From Mobula hypostoma (Eukaryota): a DNA stretch of 64,000 nucleotides. The stretch spans positions 13,020,001 through 13,084,000 of the forward strand of contig NC_086108.1 of NCBI RefSeq assembly GCF_963921235.1, written 5' to 3'. Of the stretch, positions 1 to 13,670 are shown piece after piece; the first letter of the stretch is position 1; each line of letters begins with the position of its first letter. The position numbers and the translations under genes were made by a program. The notes beneath the pieces were generated by a model. The model ran no database searches, was not told where the DNA came from, and was given only the letters and a program-made list of their open reading frames with translations.

Positions 1-159
1 CCCTAGGTGGTAGACAATGATCCCTCTAATTTGTCATGACCAGGGTGCGCAAAAAGTTTTTACATTCTCCTCATGACTGATTGGGTTTCCTCCGGCGTTC
101 TGGTTTCCTCCCACAGTCCAAAGATGTACCAGTTGGTATGTTAATTGGTCGTTGTTATC

Positions 160-2940
160 ATGGTTATAGGAGGGGTGTGATTGGCAACTAAATATTCCTG
201 GATTTAATTGCTTCAGGTGTGATAGAATGGGAGGGACAAGAGGGGGAGGTGTTGCATTGCTTGTCAGAGAAAATATTACAGCGGTGCTCTGGCAGGATAG
301 ATTAGAGGGCCCGTCTAGGGAAGCTATTTGGGTGGTATGGAGGAATGGGAAAGATGCAGTAACTCTTATGGGGGTGTATTATAGACCACCAAATGGGGAG
401 CGAGAATTGGAGGAGCAAATTTCTAAGAAGATAGCAGATATTTGTAGTAAGCACAAGGTTATGATTGTGGGAGATTTTAATTTTCCACACATAGATTGGG
501 AAGCCCATACTGTAAAAGTGCTGGATGGTTTGGAGTTTGTAAAATGTTTGCAGGATAGTTTTTTGCAGCAATACATAGAGGTACCAATCAGAGAAGGGGC
601 AGTGTTGGATCTCCTGTTAGGGAATGAGATAGGTCATGTAATGGAGGTTTGTGCTGGGGAGCACTTCAGGTCCAGTGATCTCAATGCTATTAGTTTCAAT
701 ATAATTATGGAGAAGGATAGGTCTGGACCCAGGGTTGAAATTTTTGATTGGAGAAAGGCTAACTTTGAGGAGATGCGAAAGGATTTAGAAGGAGTGGATT
801 GGGACAATTTGTTTTATGGGAAGAATGTAATAGAGAAATGAAGGTCATTTAAAGGTGAAATTTTGAGAGTACGGAATCTTTATGTTCCTGTTTGGATGAA
901 AGAAAAGGTTAAAAGTTTGAGAGAGCCATGGTTTTCAAGGGATATTGGAAACTTGGTTCGGAGAAAGAGAGAATTCTACAATAAATATAGGCAGCATGGA
1001 GAATATGTGGTGCTTGAGGAATATAAAGAATGTAAAAAGAATCTTAAGAAAGAAATTAGAAAAGCTAAAAGAAGATATGAGGTTGCTTTGGCAAGTAAGG
1101 TGAAAATAAATCCCAAGGGTTTCTGCCGTTATATGAATAGCAAAAGGATAGTGAGGGTTAAAATTGGTCCTTTGGAGAAGCAGAGTGGACAGCTATGAGT
1201 GGAGCCAAAAGAGATGGGGGAGATTCTGAACAATTTCTTTTCTTTGGTATTCACTAAGGAGAAGGATATTGAATTGGGTAAGATAAGAGAAACAGGTAGG
1301 GAAGTTATGGAAACTACAATGATTAAAGAAGAGGAATTACTGGAGCTTTTAAGGAATATAAAAGTGGATAAGTCTCCAGGTCCTGACAGGATATTCCCTC
1401 AGACCTTGAGGGAAGTTTGTGGAAATAGCAGGGGCTCTGACAGAAATATTTCAAATGTCATTAGAAACAGGCATGGTGCCGGAGGATTGGCGTATTGCTT
1501 ATGCTGTTCCATTGTTTAAAAAGGGTTCTAAGAGTAAACCTAGCAATTATCGGCCTGTGAGTTTGACATCAGTGGTGGGTAAATTGATGTAAAGTATTCT
1601 TAGGGATGGTATTTATAATTATCAGGATAGATAGGGTCTGATTAGGAACAATCAACATGGATTTGTGTGTGGAAGGTCATGTTTGACAAATCTTATTGAA
1701 TTTTTTGAAGAGGTTACTAGAAAAGTTGACGAGGGTAAACCAGTGGATGTTGTCTATATGGACTTAAGTAAAGCCTTTGACAAGGTCCCACATGGAAGGT
1801 TGGTTAGGAAGGTTCAATCGTTAGGTATTAATATTGCAGTAGTAAAATGGATTCAGCAGTGGCTGGATGGGAGATGCCAGAGAGTAGTGGTGGATAACTG
1901 TTTGTCAGATTGGAGGCTGGTGACTAGTGGAGTGCCTCAGAGATCTGTACGGGGTCCAATGTTATTTGTCATATATATTAATGATCTGGATGATGGGGTG
2001 GTAAATTGGATGAGTAAGTATGCAGATGATACTAAGATAGGTTGAATTGTGGCTAATGAAGCAGGTCTTCAAAGCTTGCAGAGAGATTTAGGCCAGTTAG
2101 AAGAGTGGGCTGAAAGATGGCAGATGGAGTTTAATGCTGATAAATGTGAGGTGTTACATTTTGGTAGGACTAATCAAAATAGGACATACATGGTAAGTGG
2201 TAGGGCACTGAAGAATGCAGTAGAACAGAGGGATCTAGGAATAATGGTGCATATTTCCCTGAAGGTGGAATCTCATGTGGATAGGGTGGTGAAGAAAGTT
2301 TTTGGTATGCTGGCCTTTATAAATCAGAGCATTGAGTATAGGAGTAGGGATGTAATGTTGAAATTGTACAAGGCATTGGTGAGGCCAAACTTGAAGGATT
2401 GTGTACAGTTTTGGTCACCGAATTATAGGAAAGATGTCAACAAAATAGAGAGAGTACAGAGAAGATTTACTGGAATGTTACCTGGGTTTCATCACCTAAG
2501 TTACAGAAAAAGGTTGAACAAGTTGGGTCTTTATTCTTTGGAAATGTAGAAGGTTGAGGGGGACTTGATTTAAAATTATGAAGGGGATAGATAGAGTTGA
2601 CGTGGATAGGCTTTTTCCATTGAGAGTGGGTGAGATTCAAACAAGAGGACATGAGTTGAGAGTTAAAGGGCAAAAGTTTAGGGGTGACATGAGGGGAAAC
2701 TTCTTTACTCAGAGAGTGGTAGCTGTGTGGAACGAGCTTCCAGCAGAAGTGGTTGAGGCAGGTTCGATGTTGCTGTTTAAAGTTAAATTGGACAAGTATA
2801 TGGACAGGAAAGGAATGGAGAGTTATGGGGTGAGTGCAGATCAGTGGGACTAGGTGAGAGTAAGAGTTTGGCACAGACTAGAATGGCCGAGATGGCCTGT
2901 TTCCGTGCTGTAATTGTCATATGGTTATATATGGTTATAT
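160..2940 (+). mobile_element. CR1-clade LINE, 5'-truncated ORF2 (AP endonuclease plus RT), disrupted, inserted into a V-SINE
   Basis: ORFs with GVYYRPP, GDFNFP, KAFDKVPH and KYADDTKIG, broken by stops and frameshifts. Tail (ATGGTTAT)n. SINE halves at about 60-160 and 2941-2990. Confidence 0.93.
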
Positions 2941-3470
2941 CCCGTGATTAGGCTAGAATTAACAGGGGATTGCTGGATCTACACTATATCTCAGTAAAAA
3001 AAAATAAAAAATAAATTCCTAACCTATTCAATCTTTCCTTATAACTATAGAATAGTAACTATACCAGGATCAATGAAAGACCACCCAACTACAGCGTTCA
3101 GCCCGAGTGCAGAAGACTCCAAACTCTGCAAATGCAAATATAAGTAAATAGCAATAAATAATAAGAACATGAGATGAAGACTCCTTGAAAGTGAGTCCAT
3201 TGGTTGTGAAAACACTTCAGCTAATCTCTTACTTTTAACAAGTCTATAGAACGGTCTGTTTTTATTGTGCTTTTAGATTACTTTACATTCTGCTTTCCTT
3301 TTCTTATTTTGCCTTTGTTGGGCACTTTTAAAACTGTGCTTCGAGGTCACATCTGTGAAAACTTGAACAGATGAAAAGAATAGCTTTGTGTTTTATAAGG
3401 AAGTCTAACAAAGCTGCTCTGAGAATCCTGCTATTTATAGACTCCTAAATCAAACTACGTTTTGCAAACT

Positions 3471-4975
3471 CAGTGTTCCCAATCTCTTATAGCCTAACGC
3501 CCCCCCCAAAGTACCTTCATACGTACGACGCCCCTCCTAAAGCACCTTCATACTTGCCAACGCCCTTCTTAGGCACAATATACTTTTTGGCGTCCCCATA
3601 GTGAAAAATCATGTCTACCATATGTTTACACAAGAAAAATGATTCTGCTTTAAATTTTTATTTGTCTTTAAGCCTAGCTTACACAGTACCTGTGTGCTAT
3701 ACAGCAGCTTCGATATCAATGTGATCCTTGAGCTTGATGGTTTTTAGCGAGAATTCAAATATCCGATTCAAGTTGTGACAGCAAAAGCCTTAAGTCCCCA
3801 TGTGTAAAAATGTCCAAGCAGTTTCTGTTTTTTGTGAGTATGTGATTCATTGCACTAGCCTCTTTCAACAAGGTAAGAGGATAGAAATGCAATGAAGTGC
3901 AGATTGGTTCTTTTTCAAAGACCAGGGAACTTTGTATGACTGTGTAGCCACACACCACAAAAGCCGACATTTTTGAAAAGCATTTTTGCTTGTTCATCAT
4001 TCTAAATTTCGATAATTTCTTCCTGCAAAGCTCTTTTCCTGTTCTTCCATCTTGCAAAGAAATGGGTCAATTACCCATTCTGGAATTTCTAGATTCTGAA
4101 AACCCTTCTTCAATGACAGCAGGTATATGCAGTACTCTTGCAAATCATCATCAGTGAAAGAGAGTGCCATACTTTCCATGCAGGGAAACTGTGAGAACAT
4201 TCGTCTCCCAATATTTTGCTTGTATATTTCCAATTTTCCAATAAAAGTGAACACTGTACTTTTTGCCTGGATTAAATTGAAATTCTCACCATGCACTGTC
4301 ATATTTAGAATGTTCATTTTGTCATTCAGATTGGCTAGGTATGCCACATCTCCACGTAGAAGTTCAATCTTGTTTCCCAAGCTCTAGTTGACTTTGAGCT
4401 AAATTTCAACCAGTGTCAAAAAGATCAAAGAAACGTTTTAAGCAGCAGCCTTTTAACAGACAATGCATTTCACTGTGAAGAAGCAAGTATTCAAGCTCTT
4501 CACTGTTACCTTGGCATAGCTGGCGAAATATCCTGCTATTTAATGTATGAGCTTTAATTTTGTTGATAGCACATATTACAAGAGTCATGCTTGAACAAAG
4601 CTGCTAGCTGAGGGTTTTGGCTGATGGGTGAATTACGCAATGGATTGCAAACAGACTTGGAATTTCTGTTTTCATAAATGCCACTAAACCAGTACAGTGA
4701 CCTGTTATGTTCCTAATTGGAATACTTTTATCCTCAATATACATTTTGAGCTCGACGTAGATTGATTCTTCACTGATAGTTGTTCTTAACTTTTGAACCG
4801 TACATATGCCATTAGCAGTGCTTCGTTGTCTCACACAGTTGACTTATCCAATTGTATCCCAAATTCTGTGTTTTGTAATTCTGTGCATAGTTAATACTCA
4901 ATTACTTCATTCATTTCGTCAATACGATGAGCTACAGAGTTATTACTCAGAGAAATTGATTTTAAATTACTAATC
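3471..4975 (-). mobile_element. Decayed hAT (Buster/Charlie-type) DNA transposon with transposase remnants
   Basis: Minus-strand fragments AIHCVIH, LLLHSEM.C..KG.CLKRFFDL and DVAYLANL..KMNILN resemble ZBED8/SCAND3-type transposases. Terminus-like CAGTGTTCCCAA at 3471. Confidence 0.8.
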
Positions 4976-5275
4976 ACAAACTAGAGAAAGTCTGCAGATG
5001 CTGGACATCCAAGCAACACACACAGAATGCTGAAGGAACTTAGCCAGGCAGCATTTATGGAAAAGAGTTACTTCAGGTCAAAATCCTACATCAGGACCGG
5101 AGCAAAAAAAAATGAGGAGTCAAAGTAAGAAGGTGCGGGGAGCGGAGGAAGAAATAGAGGGTGATAGGTGAAACCGGGAGGGAGGGGAAGGGTAAAGTAA
5201 AGAGCTGGAAAGTAGATTGGTGAAAGAGATACAGGGCTGGAGAAGGGAAATCTGATAGGAGAGAACAGAAGGTCA
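4976..5275 (-). mobile_element. 3' end fragment of a Penelope-like retroelement
   Basis: Reverse complement resembles the 3' end of the element at 22248-23290: pyrimidine-rich run, gtcctgatg..., then gctgcc...gttcc..cagca..tgtg. Confidence 0.6.
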
Positions 5276-5399
5276 TGGAATGGCTGAGTTATAAGGAAAG
5301 ATTGAATAAGTTGGGACTTTATTCCTTGGAATGTAGAAGATTGAGAGGAGATTTGATAGAGGTACACAAAATTGTGAGACATATAGATAGGGTAAATGC

Positions 5400-5630
5400 A
5401 GGTTCAATTTCCGCGCTGCCCATAAGGGAGTTTGTACGTTCTCCCTGTGACCGCGTGTGTTTCCTTCGAGTGCTCCGGTTTCCTTCCACAGTCCAAAGAC
5501 GTGCCAGTTGGTAGGTTAATTGGTCATTGTAAATTGTCCCATTATTAGGCAAAGATTAAATCAAGAGGATTGCTGGGCGGTATGGTTCAAAGGGCTGGAA
5601 GGGCCTATTCTGCACAGTATCTCAATCAAT
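5400..5630 (+). mobile_element. V-SINE (HE1-like)
   Basis: Central domain gtttgtacgttctccctgtgaccgcgtg...tgctccggtttcc..ccacagtccaaagac. Further copies near 60-160 (+), 10960-11160 (-), 13770-14110 (+) and 19800-19990 (-). Confidence 0.75.
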
Positions 5631-6211
5631 CAACCAATAAATAATAAATAAACAAGTAAATGAATAGATAGATAGATAAATGACTGAATAAATAAGTACA
5701 TAGAATAATAGATAGGTAAATTTATTGAACTTGTTGTTGTGCTATGTGACTTCAAAACATTAAACTAACTCAAAGTCATCCAAAACTAACTTCGAGTTTA
5801 AGCGAGGTGCGCACGTATCACAAGATATTCTGAAAAAAGATTCATAGTTGCCAGTCACTATCCTTTATAGTGTTTGGGCAAGTTTTAATGTTGGAAGATT
5901 TATGAACATTCACACGATAGGCCACACTGATTCTGCTTCTTCACTAATTAAGACCATAGCTCATCTGATTGTGTCCTCAGTTCAATATTCCTGTCGTACC
6001 TGCAAAAACGTATCTACCATTACCTTAATGTTCCAAGACTCTGCCTCTTCCATCATCTGAGGAAATTAGTCTCAGTTTTATGGCCCTCTGAAAAATAAAA
6101 TGATTTATTATGTCATATTTCATAAATCCAAGTGGAGGTCACTTGAATATGACTGACCCATATTCATCACTTCCTCGCCATGGCCTCGGTAACTTCCTAT
6201 ACATTTTACAG

Positions 6212-7345
6212 CAGGGGTCCCCAACCTTTTCTGCACTGCGGACCGGTTTAATATTGACAATATTCTTGCGGACCGGCCGACCGGGGGGGGGGTGGGGGGC
6301 GCGGTAGGGTTGCCAACGAACAAGAGTAGCAGTCAAATGCGTTTACCCAAGACTACAATGACCATGAAGCCTTGCGCTGGCACCAATGCGCATGCGCGTC
6401 GTGACCTGCCGATTTCCCCCCCCCCCCCCCAAAGCAAATTCTTTTTGGCGATTCTGTTCGTGGGGGTGGGTATTAATCACTACCGGAATATAGGTGATAA
6501 GTGGGTAATACACTCAATTTTGTTTCTAAAAGGGTTTATCTAACGAATTTAATATTAAACACACAGCTTGAAGTGTTGAACGAACTTCCAGTAGAAGTGG
6601 CAGAGTCAGGTTCGATATGATCATTTAAAGAAAAATTGGATAGGTATATGGACAGGAAAGGAATGGAGGGTTATGGGCTGAGTGCAGGTTGGTGGGACTA
6701 GGTGAGAGTAGCGTTCGGCACGGACTAGAAGGGCCGAGATCGCCTGTTTCTGTGCCGTAATTGTTACATGGTTATATAAGTCACTTATAAGTCAATAGCA
6801 TCATAACATTTTAAGTAATATTTGGATATTAAACACACAGCACATATTTTCCCAGTATGAATATATAAAATCATTGCAACACACCAATATCGCTGAATCA
6901 GTGGGAGCCCTGGGCTTGTTTTCCTGCAACAAGACGGTCCCATCGAGGAGTGATGGGAGACAGCGATACTCGAAGGGGGTTCCTCATGTCCAGTCTATTC
7001 CGCAATTTAGTTTTCGTTGCATTCATTGCAGAAAAATGTTGGAAATGAAAGCAACGCTTTCAGTGCTTCCGTGGCTATCTCAGGATATTTAGCCTTGACT
7101 TTGATCCGGAATGCCGGCAGAGATGTTCTGTCAAACATACTTTTCAGCCCGTTGTCATTTGCAAGCTCAAGGAGTTGATCGCCTTCCCGCCCTGACACGG
7201 ATGACGCGCGGGTCATGACCTCGCGTGCGTAATGGCTGATCAGTGGCCGTGACAGGGAATGAGGAAAGGTGCAGCTGACCAAATCATATCGCTTCCTCGC
7301 GGCCCGGTGGCGCATGCTCTGCGGCCCGGTGGTTGGGGACCGCTG
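6212..7345 (-). mobile_element. Non-autonomous hAT/Charlie element with TIRs and 8-bp TSD
   Basis: TIRs CAGGGGTCCCCAACC (6212) and GGTTGGGGACCGCTG (to 7345). TSD TTTTACAG at 6204-6211 and 7346-7353. Internal transposase C-terminal piece (KYPEIATEALKALLSFPT) on the minus strand. Confidence 0.92.
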
Positions 7346-8169
7346 TTTTACAGTGTATATTAATTTAATCAACATTCTTTCCTCCACACCTTTATGCTTT
7401 ACCCACTTTCTCAATCCTTCCTACATCAACCCTCCTAGCTTGTTTTTAATTTATCTATGTGACTGTGGACCCCTTGAAGGTCAAGTCCTGGGTAGAGAAT
7501 GTCAGAAGGTTCTCTTGCAAGGATCAAACAATTCATTTGCTTTAAATCCCATTGGATTATGATCTCCAATGCTACCCTCTTATTTGGACAAAGATCCTCA
7601 ACCCCACAAGTAAACTCTGTGGTCCTCAGTGTGACTGATTAGAGATCCAACAGAATGTTGCCTGAAGTGCAGGGGTTCTACTGTCGGCAGAGATCGGATT
7701 GGCTGGGGTTGTGTTCCTTGGAGTGAACGAGCTGAAGAGTGAACTTTATTTCCCATTGCACAGATATAAAATTCTGAAAGGCTTAGATAATCAAGGTTTT
7801 TCCCAAGGTAGAGGAATCAAAATAGATTTAGGGTTAGAGCAAGGAGTTTTAAAGAGGATCTGAGGGTTAAGTTTTTACCAAAGTGGTTGATACCTGGTAT
7901 GCACCACCAGAAGAACTGGTGGAAGCAGATAAGAGATATTTTCAATTATATAATTGGGGATGGTATAGGTGGAGAAGATACAAATGCAAGTAAATGAAAC
8001 TAATGCAGAAGGGGAACAATATCAGTTCGGGCATTTGGGTCAAAGCCCCAATTTGGTTCTGCGTAACTCTAGACTCAGTGACCCACTCTTCCATTGGACA
8101 AGGATCCATCCATTTTCTGATTTGACACTTGATTTGCAATTTATTACCAATTGAACAGTGATCTGAAAA

Positions 8170-8870
8170 TTCCATTCTCCTACTGGAGAGATATACCCAA
8201 CCGCATTCTCCTATTGGACAAATGTACCCAGTTCCATTCTCCCATTGGACAGACACACCCAGTTCCGTTCTCCCATCGGAAAGATATACCCAGTTCCCTT
8301 CTCCCATTGGACAGACATACCCAGTTCCATTCTCCCATTGGGCAGATACACCCAGTTCCGTTCTCCCATTGGACAGATACACCCAGTTCCGTTCTCCCAT
8401 TGGATGGATACACCCAGTTCCATGCTCCCATTGGACAGATACACCCAGTTCCATTCTCCCATTGGACAGATACACCTAGTTCCATTCTCCCATTGGACAG
8501 ATATACCCAGTTCCAGTCTCCTACTGGAGAGATATACCCAGTTCCATTCTCCCATTGGACAGACACACCCAGTTCCGTTCTCCCATCGGAAAGATATACC
8601 CAGTTCCCTTCTCCCATTGGACAGACATACCCAGTTCCATTCTCCCATTGGGCAGATACACCCAGTTCCGTTCTCCCATTGGATGGATACACCCAGTTCC
8701 ATGCTCCCATTGTACAGATGCACCCAGCTCTATTCTCCCATTGGACAGGTACACCCAGTTCTGTTCTTCCATTGTACAGATACACCCAGCTCTATTCTCC
8801 CATTGGACAGGTACACCCAGTTCTGTTCTCCCATTGTACAGATACACGCAGCTCTATTCTCCCATTGGAC
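8170..8870. repeat. 31-bp minisatellite, about 22-23 copies, consensus CCCATTGGACAGATACACCCAGTTCCATTCT
   Basis: Read directly. Explains the overlapping repetitive ORFs on both strands. Confidence 0.95.
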
Positions 8871-8940
8871 ATATGTAGCTATTTCCATTATCTCAGTGGA
8901 CAATGAATTCTTATTGCAAACATTGTGCTGATGCCAGCAG

Positions 8941-9194
8941 ATCAACAGATACCATCAGTTGTTAACCTACAAGTTGACCACCCTCCTGAAGTGTCTGTGA
9001 AGGTCCACCAGGTCTCACGGGTAAATGGAGGAAGGAACAGCAGTTCTGCTCTGCAACCCATCGAACAGGGAACCCATCAGAGGGCACTGCGTGATCAGGC
9101 AATGGAAGATCAGCTGGGATCTCTCACGGTCATTCCGCAGTCTGGTGCTGACTACCCGTTCGGCTACTGCTTCACCGAGATAACAAATGGACAG
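8941..9194 (+). CDS. LTBP4: LTBP4-like exon: pre-hybrid region and start of the hybrid domain (...IPSVVNLQVDHPPEVSVKVHQVSRV...PFGYCFTEITNGQ)
   Basis: Resembles the recalled LTBP motif VxVxVxHPxExSVxxHQVxRV and LTBP4 GFGYCF. Donor CAG|GTAGGA at 9194, phase 0. The acceptor is uncertain (AG ending at 8937, 8940 or 8948); an in-frame stop at 8904 limits it upstream. Confidence 0.8.
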
Positions 9195-11639
9195 GTAGGA
9201 AAAATGATTTTACAAACAACCTTTCTCATGTTAGCCAGAGGAGATAGTGGAACAGTCATTTTAATTACATAAGCAGGGGAAGTATAGATGGAAATGACCC
9301 AAGTAAGTAAAACTAATGTGGACGGGGAGAAATGTCAATTGTGGGTCAATGGGCCCAGTTTGGTGCTACATAATTCTAGACCTCATGACCACTTTTCCAT
9401 TGGACACATTATGTCAGCCTCTCGCACCAGCCTTGGAAATCCATTCCAGGCATGCACCTCCCTCTGTGTAAAAATAAAAGACCTACCTCTGACATCTCCT
9501 TAGCTTCACTCCACTCCCCTTAAACGGATGTCCTCAGATATTGGCCATTTCCACCCTGGTTGTCCACTCTGTCTTACTAAATTCAAATCAAAGTTCAAAC
9601 TACATTTATTATCAATATACATATACTTTATACAACTTTGAGATTCATCTCCTTACAAAACAAAAAGAAACAATAGAAACCATTAAAACAAAAGAAGACC
9701 ATCAAACATCCAATATGCAGAGAAAAAAAATCAAGTCATGCAAACAATAAAAGAAAGCAAAAAGTGTAGTATATGGTGAGTTTAATATTTATGATGCAAT
9801 GGTAATATATGAAAGATGACTTTTTGGAGCGACAACTATCTGTGACCTCCCATATTTGTCTCCCATATTTGAGACAGTAAGCATTTGTATTTCAATTGTG
9901 TCAAAGATTTGAAATGTAACATGTCCAGTGGTTCTAATGCCACTACTGTTTTCCTGATCAGTGACCGTTTCACATTGCACTCCTCTTTCCCATACATTCA
10001 TCTCCATTCTCCTAATCCCATCACTATGTCATGGCTTGGAGTTTTGATGTTTATTTCAAGAGATTAAGTGTATAGATAGGGTAAACATAAACAGACTTTT
10101 CTCCCACTGAGGTTTGGAAGGACCACCACCAGAGGTCATTGGCTAAGAGTGAAAAGTGAAAAGTTTAAGGGGAACATGAGGTGAAGCTTCTTCACTCAGA
10201 GGGTGGTCAGCGTGTGGAACAAGCTGCCAGAGCAAGTGGTGCATGAGAGCTTGATTTCAACATTTAAGAGAATTTGGATAGGCACATGGATGGTAGGGGT
10301 ATGGGGAGCCATGGTCCCAGTGCAGGTCTATGGGAATAGGCAGTTTAAATGGCTCAGCACAGACTAGATGGGTCAAAGGGCCTGTTTCTGTGCCATACTT
10401 TTCTATGACTCCATGAATTCACTGGAATCCAATTAACAACCAAATTCTAATTCAGTTGTCTTCACATGGGTTGTTACATTTTCCCCTACCATTCCAGAAC
10501 AGATTAAATTTGCCCTCTCTAAATAATGAGGAGTAACTTGATAGAGGTGTTCAAGAGGGTAAGAGGCATGTATCAAGTGGACAGCCAGAAGCATTTTTCC
10601 AGGATGGAAATGGCTAATATGAGAAGGCAAAACTTGAAGATGAATGGAGATAAGTGTAGGGGAGAATGTCAGAGGTAATTTTTTTTACACAGAGTGTGGT
10701 GGTTGCATGAAACGTCCTGCCAGGTGTGGTGGCAGGGGCATTTAAGAAACTCTTAGATAGGCATATGGATGATCGAAAAATAGAGGACTATGTGGAGGAA
10801 AGGATTAGTTTAATCTTTGCATATGCTGTACTGTAATGCTCGATGTTCCATGTTATGTGTTTTTTCAGCAATCACAGTATTTTTAGTTTGGTTTTCATTT
10901 CTATTTTATTTCATTTTATTGAGATACAGCAGTCCTTTGAGTCATACGCCTAGCAAACCCTGATTTAACCCTAGCCTAATCACGGGAGAGTTTACAATGA
11001 CCACTAACCTACCAACCTGTATGTCTTTGGACTGTGGGAGGAAACCAGAGCAACAAGAGGAAACCCACGCGGTCACGGGGAGAACATACAAATTCCTTAC
11101 AGACAGTGGCAGGGAGTGAACTGGGGTTACTTGTACTGTAAAGCGTTGCGCTAACTACTATTCTATATCATGCATTTTTTCTAATTTGATACACAGCTGG
11201 TCGATGTGTTTTTTTAAAAATCTGTTAATACAAAGGCAGCATTTTGAAGGCTGGGTCTTGCTTCTATCGGAAATTTGTAAATCGACAATGCGCCCTCTGC
11301 GTCCTCCGTCTTCTCTAACAGATACTGAATGCCAGGTAAACTGTAATGGGAGTGCTAAAGGCATTAGCCACTGAGCTGTGACACCAATAAATTCACAACA
11401 CGTTAGTAGCCACAAATTGTTGGTCCCACGCCTGCTGGAAACAGGCTTGTGATTGGAAAGTGGAACATGTACAGGACAGGAACAGCGGCATTGAAAAGGT
11501 TTTTCAGATGAGCTCCTGCATACCCGTTCACATGAATGTAAATTCGACTGCTAGGATTCTCAGAATCAGAATCAAGTTATTATCACTGGCACAGGTTGTG
11601 AAATTTGTTGTCTTTGCAGCAGCAGCACAATGCAATACA

Positions 11640-13670
11640 TGAGAAGCTAAAGTCAGATGTATCAGTATTACAGTGGAGTAAAGAGAATTACAGAGGCATG
11701 AGAGAGGAGCTGGCCAAAATTGATTGGAAAAGAACACTGGCAGGGGTGACAGCAGAGTAGCAAGGGCTGGAATTTCTGGACGCAATTCAGGAGCCATAGA
11801 ATAAGGTATATACATCCCAAAGAGAAAGGCAAGATGACACAACCATGGCTAACAAGAGAAGTCAAAGCCAATATAAAAGCCAAAGAGAGGGCATAATAGA
11901 GCAAAAAGAAAAGCGGGCAATTAGAGGATTGGGAAGCTATTTAAAAACCAACAGAAGTCTTAAAGAAGCTAAAGATGGAATACAAAAGTTAGCTAGCCAG
12001 TAACATTAAAAAGGATATCAAAAGTTTCTTTAGATACATGAAGTGTAAAATAGAGGTGAGAGTGGATATCGGACCACTGGAAAATGATTCTGGGGAGGTA
12101 GTAATGGGGGGCAAGGAAATGGCAGATGAACTGAATAAGCATTTTGCATCAGTCTTCACTGTGGATGACACTAGCCGTATGGTGGAAGTTCCAGCTGTCG
12201 GATATCATGAAGTTACCATAACTAAAGAGAAGGTTCTTTGGAAACTGAAAGGTCTGAAGGTCGACAAGTCACCTGGACCAAATGGACTGCACCACAGGGT
12301 TCTGAAAGCGGTGGCTGAAGAGATTGTAGAGGCATTAGTGATGATCTTTGAAGAATCACTAGATTCTGAAATGGTTCTGGAAGACTGGAAAATTACAAAT
12401 ATCACTCCACTCTTCAAGAAGCGAGGCAGAAGAAAGGAAACTATAGGCCAGTTAGTCTGACCTCAGGGGTAGGGAAGATGTTGGAGTCGATTGTGAAGGA
12501 TGAGATCTCAGGGTACTTGGAGGCACATGATAAAATAGGCTGTAGTCAGCATGGTTTCCTCAAGGGAAAATCTTGCCTGACGAATCAGTTGGAATTCTTT
12601 GAAGAAGTAACAAGCAGGGTAGACAACGGAGAATCAGTTGATATTGGGTACTTGGATTTTCAGAAGGCCTTTGACAAGGTGCCACCCATGAGACTGCTTT
12701 ACAAGCCTATTGTATTACAGGAAAGATTCCAGCATGGATAAAGCGGTGACTGATTGGCGGGAGGCAACTTCGTTGCAAAGTTTGCAGACATTATGTAGAG
12801 AGGTGGAGGGGCGGATAATTTTGTGGCAGCAGAAAGGCTACAGAAGGACTTAAACAGATTAGGAGAATGGGCGAGGAAGTGGTAGATAGCATACAGTGTC
12901 AGGAACTGTATGGTTATGCACTTTGGTGGAAAAAATATAAGGGGTGATTATTTTCTAAAAGGAGAGAAATACAAAAAACCTAGGTGCAAAGGGCTTGGGA
13001 GTTCTTGTGCAGAAATCCCTAAAGGTTAATTTGTAGGTTGAGACTGTAGTGAGAAAGGCAATGGCAATGTCAGCATTCATTTCAAGAGGACTAGGTTATA
13101 AAAGCAAGGATGTAATGTTGAAACTTTTTAAAGCACTGGCGAGGCCTCACTTCATTTGGGCCCCTTATCTTAGAAAGGATGTGCTAAAACTGGAAAAGGT
13201 TCAAAGGATGTTCACAAAAATGATTCCAGGATTGAATGGCTTGTCATATGAAGAGTGTTTGATGGCTCTGGGCCTGTATTCACTGGAATTCAGAAGAATA
13301 AAGGGTGACCTCATTGAAATCTATCAAATGGTGAAAGGTCTTGATAGAGTGGATGTGGAGAGGATGTTCCTCTGGTGGGAGAGTATAAGACCAGAGGACA
13401 CAGCCTCAGAATGGAAGGTCATCTTTTTAGAGTGGAGATGAGGAGGAATTTCTTCCGCCAGCGAGCGGAGAATCTGTGGAATTCTGTGCCACAGGCAGCT
13501 GTGTATATTTAAGGCAAAGGTTGATAGATTCTTGATTGGTCAAGGCATGAAGAGATATGGGAAGATGGCAAGTGTTCGGGTCTGAGATGAAAATGGATCA
13601 ACCATGATGAAATGGCGGAGCAGACTCACTGGGCTAAATGGCCTAATTCTGCTCCTATATCTTATGGTCT
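11640..13670 (+). mobile_element. Degraded CR1 LINE ORF2 with 3' end
   Basis: ORFs with DKSPGP, QHGFLKGKSCLTN, LDFQKAFDKVP and LGLYSLEFRR. 3' end ...ctaattctgctcctatatcttatggtct. Confidence 0.9.

Noticed and set aside
227..2853. RT/endonuclease ORFs as an active element or novel RT system
   Set aside because: Ordinary 5'-truncated CR1 with multiple stops and frameshifts. The same applies to the other RT fragments in the window.
7942..8931. Many overlapping repetitive ORFs and a CRISPR-like repeat appearance
   Set aside because: These are translations of a contiguous 31-bp minisatellite with no unique spacers, in a vertebrate intron.
11322..11335. Micro-exon-like cag|ATACTGAATGCCAG|gtaaac
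   Set aside because: A 14-nt exon would shift the frame between two exons that already join correctly in phase 0.
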